Positions 53,211 to 63,853 of a stretch of DNA of 63,853 nt are shown piece by piece. The DNA is from Octopus bimaculoides (lineage: Eukaryota), in the NCBI RefSeq assembly GCF_001194135.2, contig NC_068989.1, positions 85,542,819-85,606,671 on the forward strand, given 5' to 3'. The translations under genes were made by a program, and so were the position numbers. Each line of letters opens with the position of its first letter. The first letter of the stretch is position 1. The notes beneath the pieces are model-generated. The model saw only the letters and a list, made by a program, of their open reading frames with translations, had not been told where the DNA came from and made no database searches.

Positions 53211-53618
53211 TATGTGTGTATAGCCATGCCGGCTCACAAGAAGAAATATTATGTCTGTAACTTTCGTTACCCAGTCCTTATGCATGCACATGTGTATATC
53301 TTATGTCTTTATTGCCCACAAGGGGCTAAACATAGAGGGGACAAACAAGGACAGACAAAGGGATTAAATCGATTACATCGACCCTGAACGGATGAAAGGC
53401 AAAGTCGACCTCGGCGGAATTTGAACTCAGAACGTAACAGCAGGCGAAATACTGCTAAGCATTTCACTCGGCGTGCTAACGTTTCTGCCAGCACGCCGCA
53501 CATGTGTATATCATGAATCTTACACTGGTTCACTTTCCTGACTTTTGTACATAATTCTATGTACTATACATGCGCCTTTGATAAGTTGTAGTGCACTTGA
53601 GCACTATACACAATAATT

Positions 53619-53651
<33 letters not shown>

Positions 53652-53731
53652 TATTTAAAACATTTTCAAGTTTTTTTCACTATTTGAGAATATTTATAAT
53701 ATCTTAACCTTTTTTTTTAAATTCATTGTAG

Positions 53732-53865
53732 CTCACTGTTGAAATCACCAAGTTGGTGTGGACCACTTCCGAAAAACAAGACACAGCAAACAATAATGAA
53801 AAGGAACAAAATTGTGAAGGACAATCGCTCTCATTCATGTGTCCCAAGTGGAACCAAACCATTAG
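53732..53865 (+). CDS. DBF4: DBF4 exon with probable start ATG at 53796 (MKRNKIVKDNRSHSCVPSGTKPL)
   Basis: Acceptor TTGTAG at 53731 and donor AG|GTGAGC, phase 1, matching the next exon. The frame is open across the whole exon. Confidence 0.7.
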
Positions 53866-54949
53866 GTGAGCTGTTATATTCTATCAAGATATCTAGTGGA
53901 AGCATGTAGCTTAATGGTTAGGGTATTTGGCTCATGTTCATAAGGTCGTGAGTTTGATTCCTGGTGGCACATTGTGTCCTTGAGCAAGACACTTTATTTC
54001 ACATTGCTCCAGTTCACTCAGCTGGCAATTCAAAGGACTAGCCTTGTCGCATTCTGTGCCACACTGATCTCTCCTAGAACTATGTTAAGGGTATGCATGT
54101 TATTTTCACAAGCAGGCTGTTGTGTTGATCAGATCAACTGGGACACTTGCCATTGTAACCAACAGAGTGCCAGTAATCGAGATTCCTTTTTCAGCCACAG
54201 TCATATTTCTAAGAAAGTAATTTTCAAAGTTTGTACACTGCTTTTTTTGGCTGTAGTAAATTGGTAAGACTGAGAGGCAACTGGATTTAAAATTTTACAT
54301 ACAGCTTGCTCTGCCTGACACATGAGCCACTCCATACAACATAGCCTGTCTGATAGCCATGTTGTACCTTGTATAACATATCCTCATACTGCACTCTATC
54401 AGAAGTTAGTGAGAGGGCCTTTACAAGATTACTTAACCTGCTAGAAATAGCAGTCACATTTTCATAGTCGTAATCTGGTTTTGGAAAAGAAAGAAAATAT
54501 TGAATAATGTAGTCCTAGATACTCCTAAGTAAACTGATTAGTCATAGTTAAAATACATTTGATTAGGATTGACCTGGGGTAAACAACAATGTACTCTGTC
54601 TTAGAGCCATGCTGCATTCTCTACAATTGACCTTGTCTGGTAGCCATGTTACACCCCTACAACATGTCATTTCTGATAGCCATGTTGCACCTTGTACAGC
54701 AAACCCTGTACGGTTGCTATACAGTACACCATACAGTGATTCTCCTCCTTTTATTTAAATTTGCATATGTTAAGTGGTTGTGAACCATCTTCCTGTTTCA
54801 GAGCAACATCTTCAGTAACAGCAGCATTACTGAACTAGAATTTATTGAACAAGACACTGTCCTGGCTTAGATATTTTCTTTGGGGTTCAAATCATACGAA
54901 AGGCAGCTTAACTTTTCATTCTTTAAATGTTAATAAAAAGAAACTACTC

Positions 54950-55290
54950 TGATGAAAAGCACCATCCAAACGTGGTCGATGCCAGAGACACGTAAAAAGC
55001 ACCATCTGGACGTGGTTGATGTAAGTGCCTACTGACTGTGGCACGTAAAAAGTACCATCCAAATGTATTCGATGCCAGTGCCTGCCTACTGGCTCCCATG
55101 CCAGCGACACATAAAAAGCATCCAGTACACTCTCGGAGTGGTTGGCATTAGGAAGGGCATCCAGCTGTAGAAACCTTGCCAGATCAGATTGGAGCCTGAT
55201 GCAGCCTACTGGCTTGCCAGTCCTCAGTCAAACTGTCCAACCCGTGCCAGCATGGAAAGCGGACGTTAAACGAAGACGATGATGATGGCT
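54950..55290 (+). mobile_element. RTE-related 3'-UTR repeat with (GAT)n tail, representative
   Basis: CACTCTCGGAGTGGTTGGCATTAGGAAGGGCATCCAGC...CCAGCATGGAAAGCGGACGTTAAACGA(TGA)n. Other copies (approximate): 1880-2029, 3760-3975, 14700-14830, 15440-15790, 30680-30930, 45195-45345, 55995-56190. Confidence 0.75.
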
Positions 55291-56705
55291 GTTGTTAAGC
55301 TTAGACAATAGCTACCTTTGTTGGGGTTTTAAGGTCACCTCCAAATCTGCATAGGCAAGGAAGAGGATTGCAGTATTTTCTCTATTGTTTCTTACATAAA
55401 CATGCAGGAGAGAGTGGGGATGGGAATTTGTAAAGTTCATGCATTTCCCATGATGCCACACAGTGGGACTGAACCCAGAACCAAGAGGTTGGGAGGCAAG
55501 CTTCTTACCACACAGCCACGCCTTGTTTTTTTGTTTTTAAATTTATTGAATTAAAAAAAGAAACTCATATCTTTTGTACCTTGAACTTATTATTTAAATA
55601 ATGTTTCTATATTGCTCAAAACAAAAGTGTTAATTTAAAATGAAACACAAATAGTTTTTTATTGTGACATTGAATTGTGTGTTTATGGTTGCTTTTTATC
55701 TCCATTGTTTATGAATGGAGAGATTATGTAGTGGGACATTGAGGTTAACAATCAGTTCACACTGAAGGCTGCGATCAGATGATTCAGAGCAAAGATTCTC
55801 ATTCAGTTACAAGTTGTTCAATAGATTGATAGAACTCTTATTCGACATTATGTGACCTCTAATTTATTTAATTCTCAAAATTGAACCTTGAATTATCTGT
55901 AGATGTCAATGCTGGACATTTTGTCAGGATATTTTCTTTATAATTGTTCTCTGCAGTACACTCTTTTCTTTCACTTGAATTCATTTAATAATAAGGTTTC
56001 CATGCTGGTGCCACATAAAATACACCCAGAATACTCTGTAAAGTGGTTGGCATTAGGAAGGGCATCCAGCTGTAGAAACCTTGCCAAAACAGACAATTGA
56101 AGCCTGGTACAGCTCTCCAGCTCGCCAGCTCCTATCAAACTGTCCAACCCATGCCAGCATGGAAAACAGATATCAAATGATGATGATGATGTTTCCATTT
56201 AAAATAACAGGCCTGGGCATGGCTGCATGCTTCCTAACCATGTGGTTTCAGGTTCAGTCCCACTGCACAGCACTTTGGGCAATCCTAACAAACTGCTCAG
56301 CGTTGCCATCTATAGATAATTCAAGGTTCAATTTTAAGAAGAATTAAGTAAGTTAGAGCCCTGGGCCAACCAAACCCTTTTGTGGGGATTTGGTATATCT
56401 TATTTTAGCAACTATACTTTAAGAACACTTTTCTCTTCTGCTAATTCTGTTACCTAGATGTCCTAAGTAACAAACTATTAACCACCTCTAAGGGTCCTCT
56501 TGAACATTAGAGAAAATCTGTTTCCTGTGTATTCTTATTGTATATTGTTTCTGTGCATCTGCCACACGAAAAAGTCTACTTTTGCTGTTAACCTTCCTGT
56601 GATCCCACTGCACCTCTTATATGTCCACAGTTTGCACTGGGTACATCATATGGAATTCTGCCATTTGTGTCCATTTAGACGTTTCTAACTTTATTTCGAT
56701 TTCAG

Positions 56706-56845
56706 CTTCAGGTGAAAGTTGTCTAAATAGCAGAAGAAAGCTTGACTTCAAAAACAAACTTCCACTTGATGGTAAAAGGATTTATCTTGACTTAAGAGGA
56801 TTAAAACAGAGGAATGTTGAAGAAAGTTTAAGCAAATTTGGAGCA
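56706..56845 (+). CDS. DBF4: DBF4 exon, start of motif N/BRCT-like domain
   Basis: ASGESCLNSRRKLDFKNKLPLDGKRIYLDLRGLKQRNVEESLSKFGA resembles DBF4 PLWGKVFYLDL...IKDLGG. Tandem acceptors give a start at 56706 or 56712. Donor GCA|GTAAGT, phase 0. Confidence 0.88.
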
Positions 56846-57482
56846 GTAAGTATATCTAACTTGACATTGAATTTCACTCAATCTACATCTTTATGTGAAC
56901 TGAAATATACTCAGTGTGTGTGTGTACATGTTGGAATTCAGTATGTGTGGGTTGCAGTTATATTAGTGTATGCCTGTTAGAATTCATTCAGTCTTTTCTT
57001 GAATGTATATTGAAATTTGCTTTGTGTGTATCTGTGGAATGTCTACATGTGTTGTAGACTTACCAGTTCATTTGTCTACAGTACAAATTAAAAGGCCTTC
57101 ATTATCATCCTATTTAAGTTCTCTCCCCAAACCATTCTTGGATGGCTCTCTTGTAGTCCCATGTCATCTGAAAGAAGAATACCTTGGTTTTTTTTTCGAC
57201 ATAGATTGGATACATTTTATCATTACACTGGTATTAGAGAGGTTGTCTGCAGCAGCCAGACTAAAGTATTCCTCTCTACCTATTTGCCAGTATGGTAAAA
57301 ATAGTTTTACCTCCAATTTGTGTGCTTATATACAATATTCTATATGTGCTACATGTGTTGAATTGTTTCAAACAGTGTATGCATGTAAGAATTATCAATT
57401 TTAAGGGATACTTCACAGTTACTTTTAGGTATTCTTATATAAAGAACATATTCATTTCAGTTCTACATTTAAGAGATGAGGA

Positions 57483-57706
57483 ATTATTTACATTTGATGG
57501 ATATTTGTCCCCATCTTGTTTGTTGTTAACATAACATTTTGGCTGATATACCATCCAGCCTTCATCTGGTGTCTTGGGGAAATTTCAAACCTGGGTTCTC
57601 ATTCCTATGGTATTTTTTGATGTTATTATTATTTAAGTCACTGCCTGGTATCGAACTTGGAATCTTGGGGTTAGTAGCCTGTGCTCTTAACCACTACGTC
57701 ATATGC
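57483..57706 (-). mobile_element. Same tRNA-headed hammerhead-bearing element (copy 1, more decayed core)
   Basis: Reverse complement aligns with copy 2 along its length. Core reads GACAC-CAGATGA-A-GGCTG-loop-CAGCC-AAAA-TGTT-ATGTT. Confidence 0.65.
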
Positions 57707-57762
57707 GTTTGAAAGACAAGCTAGTTTTAAAAAAAAGATTTATTTTTTTAAAATTGCCCACT

Positions 57763-57990
57763 GGTATATGGTGTAGTGGTTAAGAGCGTAGCCTACTAAC
57801 CCCAAGATTCCGAGTTCGATTCCAGGCAGCCACCTGAATAATAATAATAACATCGAAAAATACCTTAGGAATGAGAACCCAGGTTTCGAAATTTCCCCAA
57901 GGCACCTGATGAAGGCTGGAGGGTATATTAGCCGAAACGTGTTGACAACAAATAAGATGAGGACAAATATCCGTCAAATGTAAATAATGT
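57763..57990 (+). mobile_element. tRNA-headed short element carrying a minimal hammerhead ribozyme core (copy 2)
   Basis: A box TGGTGTAGTGG 57769-57779, B box GAGTTCGATTCC 57812-57823, CTGATGA 57906-57912, stem II GGCTG/TAGCC, GAAACGT 57934-57940. Confidence 0.7.
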
Positions 57991-58692
57991 TAACATATTC
58001 ATTTGTTTTNNNNNNNNNNGTGGTGGGGGGGGGCAGTTTTTCCATGTTAGCCTGGGTTAAACAAACATATATTATTTGAGGCATTATTTTTGCAGCTGGA
58101 TGCCCTTCTTGCTGTTTTTTTTTTCAAGTAAGGGAGCACTAAATCCTGGACAATTTGTTGACAGAGAAATGTCAACGTCACTCTGCACTTAGAGTTTTTG
58201 GAGAAGTACAGAGTGTAAATATCCACAAAGACATGTGCATGCATGCACACACACACACATTGAATTTAGTACATCCAGTTTGATATTTTATCACTCTCTA
58301 ATCTGTTGGTCAATAATATAGTGGGACACAGAACCATTTTTTAGATTTGTGTAAATAGCACACACACACATGACTTCGCCTTTTATTTCCATTTTCTAAA
58401 TTCCCTTCAAAATATGCTGTCCATTTGAGTTTATAGTGCAACACACTTAACCAGGATACTCAAAACCATGTGGTTGTACTGGGAACCTGTTAACCATACA
58501 GCCTGCTCATTCCTATACACCTGTATATCCGTATATGTGTGCGTGTGTAGTTACATTTACTTTTATAATGATTCTATACTTATAGCATTTATGTGTATAA
58601 ATGTCTTAGTGGGTTGGCTACCATACAGCCAGCCGATAGGTTAATTCGTGGAGATGTGTATATATTAATTTTTTTTCTCTTTTTCTTTTCAG

Positions 58693-58866
58693 ATCATTGA
58701 GAAATTCCTCAGCAAAGAGATCCATTACTTTGTTACTGATCAGTCAAAAGTAAAAGAGAAAAATGATGATCCAAATGCCTCAGGAAGTCCAAGTGTCTAT
58801 ATGTCAAGCCCATTCAACAGTGGCCAAACTCCATCCCCTTCAACTTTTGACAAAAAGGCTCTCTCG
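58693..58866 (+). CDS. DBF4: DBF4 exon
   Basis: IIEKFLSKEIHYFVTDQSK...SPFNSGQTPSPSTFDKKALS resembles DBF4 RVEEFLSKDISYLISN plus the S/P-rich linker. Polypyrimidine acceptor; donor TCG|GTATGT. Confidence 0.9.
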
Positions 58867-59440
58867 GTATGTCTGTTTGTCTTGCATCCACATCTCTCGC
58901 AAAGAGATGACTTTGTAACCTCCTGTCTTCTGTTATTATTTTCTCTCTTTCTGTTATCATTTCCTCACCTGTGCAAACATTTAGATGGTGGCAGTTGTCT
59001 GTTTTGACATGGTTTCTACAGTTGGATGCCCTTCCTAGTGACTGGTAGTAGGCAGAGAGGAAAGTCCCTGCAAACAGGAGACCTGATCTGATTGCTTCAA
59101 GAGCCAGGTGATGGGTTAAATCTACCTCCCATAGAGGCAGGCCATGGGTGGATTGGAATTCAGGGCCATGACAAATACTTGCAAGACATCCAACTGATGG
59201 TCTAACAATTTCAACAATCCATCAACCTTGGCTATTATTTCACTTTTGACCTTGGAAGGAATTGATCTTAGAATGCAAGAAGCTGGAATAAATACAGCAA
59301 GGCATTTTATCCCACATTCTGTCAATTTGTCTGTAGAATAACTGTGTCCCCCTCCCTTCCATCTCATTAATGGTAAATGTGAAAATGTCAATATTTCCTT
59401 AATTGTTCAACACAACTTATGTCATTCTTTGTTTTACCAG

Positions 59441-59488
59441 GTTACTCGTGGAAAAGCCATGCTACAATGTGTTAAAATAGATTCTGTT
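59441..59488 (+). CDS. DBF4: DBF4 exon
   Basis: VTRGKAMLQCVKIDSV resembles DBF4 LSRGKLLVEKA. Acceptor TTTACCAG; donor GTT|GTAAGT; phase 0/0. Confidence 0.88.
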
Positions 59489-60060
59489 GTAAGTTCATCA
59501 CTATTCTATTGTCTTTCTCTTTTCCCATTCTGAAATAATGCAATTGGTGTCTTTATGGGTCATAGAAACACCACTGACCTCGTATCTGTAATGATTATAG
59601 AAACTCTAGTGACCTAACACGAAGCTGGACTTGTTAGAGATTAGAATATGTTGTGTAACTGCAATACATCATTCTGGCTGCCAACACTTTTTTCTGCAAA
59701 ATAGGGGTAGTTTATCCTGTTCAGGCTATATTATTAGCATTATTCTGCGATTGAGAATTTAAAATCACTTCTTTAACTTTCTAAGACATCTCAACGCTTC
59801 TAAAAGCAAACTTCGTTTGTTTGTTTACGTTTATCATAATTTGAATTTAACATTATTAATAATGTTTCAGAGATGTAATATCATGTAAATTACTTCACAT
59901 CAATGATAAGCTTCGTTAAAGACAGTGGTAAAATGTAGTTACTTTAAGGCTTAATGTACAAATGCAAAATTATGTTCAATTTTGGGTGTTTGGATATATG
60001 ATAATAATAGGAAGAGAGGTTGCCAGATATATGAAAATGACAGGAGTGCAGCAACATAAA

Positions 60061-60269
60061 CTCTTGATGGCAACCCGCCTGAGACTAATTTCTGGTTCTA
60101 TGATACAAACTTTCTGTTTTCAAGTAATCTAAATTAAAAACTTCCATCAAAATTTCTTATTTATATTCCAACACTGGCTTAAAAATGACTTATTTTACTA
60201 AATCATTTACTTTCAAAATTACCTGAAACGAAGGCAGTGTATTTCAACAGAAATGTGATAGCAAAAGGT
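60061..60269. mobile_element. Older copy of the same piggyBac-type MITE family
   Basis: Alignable by eye to 38315-38534; ends AGCAAAAGGT-TTAA. Confidence 0.55.
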
Positions 60270-60589
60270 TTAATACCATTCATTCAATTATGAGTTGCTC
60301 CTGGAACCAGACTGGTAACAAATAAATCACATACATGTAATGAATCCACTGAACTTTGTTATTCTCATGACTTTATTGGTTTGTGCATGTATTAACGATG
60401 TTGAGGTATTCTGATAAAGTGAAAAAGATTGGCGGTAGTTAGTGAATTAAAGTGGTCCCATTTAAATTAATGCCTGTTTAAATGTTGGTTTGATTTTTCT
60501 ACAGCATCACCTTTACATAATTTTAGAATGTTTCTACGCCATATTGTCTGTCGATTCTTTATTGCATATAAATTCTTCACCAATGCCCA

Positions 60590-60950
60590 TGACTGTTCAG
60601 TAATGACGAAAAGGATATGATCACAAATACAAGCAGTAGAGATGGGGTTCCTGCAAAGGTTCTCTGAAGTAATGTTTCAGGGTGCTTACCCTGAAGAACA
60701 GGGAGCCTCTCCATGTTGAGTCACTACTTTCTTTTCATCGAAAGGTCCCAGCTTTGGTTCTACAGACATTTTATTCGAATGTTACAAGAAAGTATCACAA
60801 GAAGAATTCTTCAAACCAAGCTAACTGGCAGAAGACCTAGAGGTAGACCAAGATGGTTCAATAATATCCATAGTCTCGCTTGATCCAGCTGGAAAGTGGA
60901 TGGTTGCTTCTGATTGCACCCTATGGACACAGCGAGTGAAGATGGATGGA
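60590..60950 (+). mobile_element. RTE-type LINE 3'-end remnant
   Basis: IQAVEMGFLQR...IERSQLWFYRHFIRM...ITRRILQTKLTGRRPRGRPRW across frameshifts; (GATG)n-like tail. Confidence 0.8.
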
Positions 60951-61072
60951 TGGAAAAAATTCTTTATGCCTACCCCATTAAAATGTGTGTGTGTGTGGTA
61001 CTGGTGGTAAGAGTATAATTTCTCTTCAGTTTGGTCTCATTTTTCTTATTATATTTCCTTTTTCTTTTTTAG

Positions 61073-61130
61073 CCTGAGAATATTGTTGACAAAGCAAGAA
61101 AACTTGGAGTCAAGATTGTGCCCTATACAA
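61073..61130 (+). CDS. DBF4: DBF4 exon
   Basis: PENIVDKARKLGVKIVPYT resembles DBF4 SNSILSNALSWGVKILHI. Strong acceptor; weak donor A|GTAAAG in phase 1, matching the next exon. Confidence 0.85.
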
Positions 61131-61966
61131 GTAAAGAAAATATTTATCATCATCATCATCATTATTGCTTACATTATAGACGTAGGCATGGCTGTGTGGT
61201 TAAGGAGTTTTCTTTCCAACCATATAGTTTTGTTTGCATGGTACCTAGGGCAAGTGTCTTTGCTATAGCACTGAACAAACCACAACCAGTACCCAGATTA
61301 GAACACTTCAAATTTTTCTTGTTCTTGTATTTATTCATGAAAAGCGATACATTGTGTCCTTGAGCAAGACACTTTATTTCGCGTTGCTCCAGTCCACTCA
61401 GCTGGCAAAACTGAGTAGTACCTGTATGTCAAAGGGCCAGCCTTGTCAAGCTTAATCTCCCTGAGAACTATGTTAAGAGTACACGTATCTGTGGAGTGTT
61501 CAGCCACTTGTACGTTAATTTCACAAGCAAGCTGTACCATTGATTGTATCAGCTGGGGACCCCATCGTCATAACCGACAAAGTGCTCCTCCTTTATATTA
61601 GTATGATGGTGTCTACCAATGTAATTCTGCTCACAGTAAATTGGTGAACTCAAAGCTATGACAGAAGACACTTGCCCAAAGTGCTTAGTAGTGGGATTGA
61701 ACTGCTTATATACACACAGACACACATAAAAATGCACACATATACATGCAGCACACAATAGATTTCTCTCAGTACCTGTCTACCAAATCCACTCAAGACT
61801 TCAGTTATTCAGGGACTTAGAGTAGAAGACACTTGCCAAAGATGTCTCACAAAAAACTTAACCTGAAGCCTTGATGTGTGTTTGTGTATGTTTATAGATA
61901 TGAATAGTAACGTGTTTGCATGTGTGTGTATGTGTATATAAACATGCATACATGTGCACATATTTC

Positions 61967-62528
61967 GGATCTATTTTAAAATGGGGGCCACATTTTTCAT
62001 TAATGTTTTACGTAGTGTTTTTGGTACGGAAAGACTTTCAAACTTCGTATACTTATCTATTTTGTGTTATAGAACAGAAAAATATTTTTGTATTCGAATT
62101 TGTTTCATGTAAAAAATTGTCTTATTTCGATAATTTCAACCAATCACTGACAAGTATTCAGTTGTTTATATTTACTCCTTTGGCTGATTAAGCGATGTAA
62201 AGCGTATTTAATCTCCATACCTTCGTTTTATTTGCTTTTTTCATTTTAAATTTGCTTTAACCCTAACCCTAAGGTTAGGGTTAGGGTTAATTGTTTCAGA
62301 ATCGTTTGTTTATGTAGTCGGCACTTAATGTATATCGGCTGAATGGACGTCAGTGATTGGTTGAAATTACAGAAATACGACAACTTCAACATGGAATAAC
62401 TTATGGATTTCTTTTTTTTTTAAGAAGACTAAGAGAAAAAGATGTTTTATATGACACATTCTACCAGTGTTCCAAGTTTCAAAGGGTTTCGTTAATGAAA
62501 AATGTGGCCCCCATTTTAAAAAAGATTC
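61967..62528. mobile_element. Fold-back MITE with 8-bp TSD and central telomere-repeat palindrome
   Basis: 37-bp TIR with a 30-bp perfect core TTTTAAAATGGGGGCCACATTTTTCATTAA. TSD CATATTTC at 61959-61966 and 62529-62536. Inner inverted repeat TAATTTCAACCAATCACTGAC. Confidence 0.85.
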
Positions 62529-62583
62529 CATATTTCTTTTCCTGTAGTACTTTAAAGTAATCTCTGTAATTTTTTTTCCGTAG

Positions 62584-62669
62584 GTTTAATGAAATGGATC
62601 AACAAAGAGAAGACTCTGTTAGAGAATGCCAAAGCAGCTTGTGCATCAAGCTTAAAAGCCAAAATTGTG
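62584..62669 (+). CDS. DBF4: DBF4 exon (gene continues beyond the window)
   Basis: A+GT gives SLMKWINKEKTLLENAKAACASSLKAKIV. Acceptor TTTCCGTAG; donor GTG|GTAAAT. Motifs M and C not seen in the window. Confidence 0.8.
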
Positions 62670-63039
62670 GTAAATGTTAAACCCCAGTTCCTTGTGCTTT
62701 GTACATGTGCGTGTGAGAAAGTGAGAGTTGGTAACTCCTTGCCTTGATGTCACATGATAGTTGTAGATGAGTGTTACTATCAGACTTGCAGTGGCCTTCA
62801 TTTGCAATCTTCTGTAAAACAATGTCTGGTCATGGGGAGATATTATCTTACTTGGAAACAGGTGAGGGTTGGTGAGAAGAAGGATATCTGGCAATAGAGA
62901 AGGGGACATTAAAACGAAGGTCAGAGAAAAAAAGGGACAATGCTTATGATCATTTTTAAGCCCCCACCTTTCCTAGATTGTGAAAGTTATTCAGTTTGTA
63001 TGTTGTTTTTTGTTGCTTCTTGAGCCATGCCTGGCTCAT

Positions 63040-63320
63040 AAGGGTTGGTTTCATTGGCATATAGGATCCCCACCTGGATGGGACGCCAATCCGTCACAGG
63101 TGAGCTGCTAGATGCAAGAGGAAAGAATGAGAGAAAGTTGTGGTGAAAGAGTTAGCAGAAGTTCTCCATTACCTTCTGCCGGAGCTGCATGGGGCTTAGG
63201 CTTAGGGTTTTGCTCATAAACACACACACACACACACACACATCGCCCAGTCTGAGATTTGAACCTGTGATCCCTCAACCATGAGTCTGCTGCTCTAACC
63301 ACCAGGCCATGTGCCACCAC
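63040..63320 (-). mobile_element. Family A-related tRNA SINE
   Basis: Shares GAGAGAAAGTTGTGGTGAAAGAG and a tRNA-like head with a B box; (CA)n insertion. Related older copies at about 52670-52800, 53900-54180 and 61360-61590. Confidence 0.7.
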
Positions 63321-63819
63321 TATTCAATTATTACCTTTAAGTTGTTGTCTGCAAGAACACTGACAAGAAGAAAATTCCAGTACATTTCAATTCTGAGAAA
63401 GAAGGATAGGTGAGGTAAGACAACAATAAAGGTGACAAGAGGAAGACATTTGTGTATGTGTTTTCTGTATTTGGTTACTAATGCAGTATGTTGATGTTCT
63501 AAGCAGTCTCCAGTTTTACTGCAGCTAATGTTCCTGAGTTATAAATTTGAATATAGATCAAACAGACAAAAAGTAATTGATGTTTTTCAAACTAGCAACG
63601 AGCTATATGGGGTTTTCTTTCCTGTATTAAAACAATTCAGCCATGAAATCTGTATTTATATTTTGTTAGGCAAGCTGGAACAGTCATACAGTACTATGAA
63701 TTGAACTTACATCCTTGTGGTCAGTTGTCAATATCTTAGATGGTGATTTTGCTTGTAATTATGTTACAGTACACAAATCTCAAAGTTCCACAAATATTTT
63801 CCATCTCTACAATTTTTTT

Positions 63820-63853
<34 letters not shown>

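Noticed and set aside
54940-55110. CRISPR-like repeat-spacer array (CACGTAAAAAGCACCATC units)
   Set aside because: The units are degenerate internal tandem repeats of the RTE-related 3' UTR family; eukaryotic context with no cas genes.
57763-57834. Functional tRNA gene
   Set aside because: The acceptor, anticodon and T stems do not pair properly and the sequence continues into a repeat body. The same applies to the other SINE heads.
62257-62290. Ancient telomere-telomere chromosome fusion site
   Set aside because: Only two repeats per side, and it lies at the centre of a TIR element with an exact TSD.

Overview
AT-rich, gap-containing animal genomic window. The density of (AT)n/(CA)n/(GAT)n repeats and the tRNA-SINE and RTE families point to an octopus-like coleoid cephalopod (inference). 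Two protein-coding genes are supportable. (1) The first coding exon of an LRRFIP1/2 homologue lies on the minus strand (27283-27194); I did not find its exon 2 in the window. (2) The 5' part of a DBF4/ASK/Chiffon homologue lies on the plus strand: five spliced coding exons from 53796 to 62669 plus a tentative upstream exon, behind a CCAAT/E2F/CHR-type promoter near 50.6 kb. The rest is intron or intergenic DNA filled with at least three SINE families, RTE LINE remnants, a deleted mariner, a Helitron helicase remnant, pogo-like relics, piggyBac-type MITEs and two GG-ended elements with 8-bp TSDs. Nearly all long ORFs in the supplied track are microsatellite or N-gap artefacts. The most notable observation is a head-to-head pair of tRNA-headed short elements in a DBF4 intron (57483-57990). 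Each carries a differently decayed minimal hammerhead-ribozyme core, and together they suggest a complete Penelope-type hammerhead in the ancestor. Other items worth checking: three independent fold-back structures in DBF4 introns, candidate alternative LRRFIP first exons, and several unexplained structured islands.
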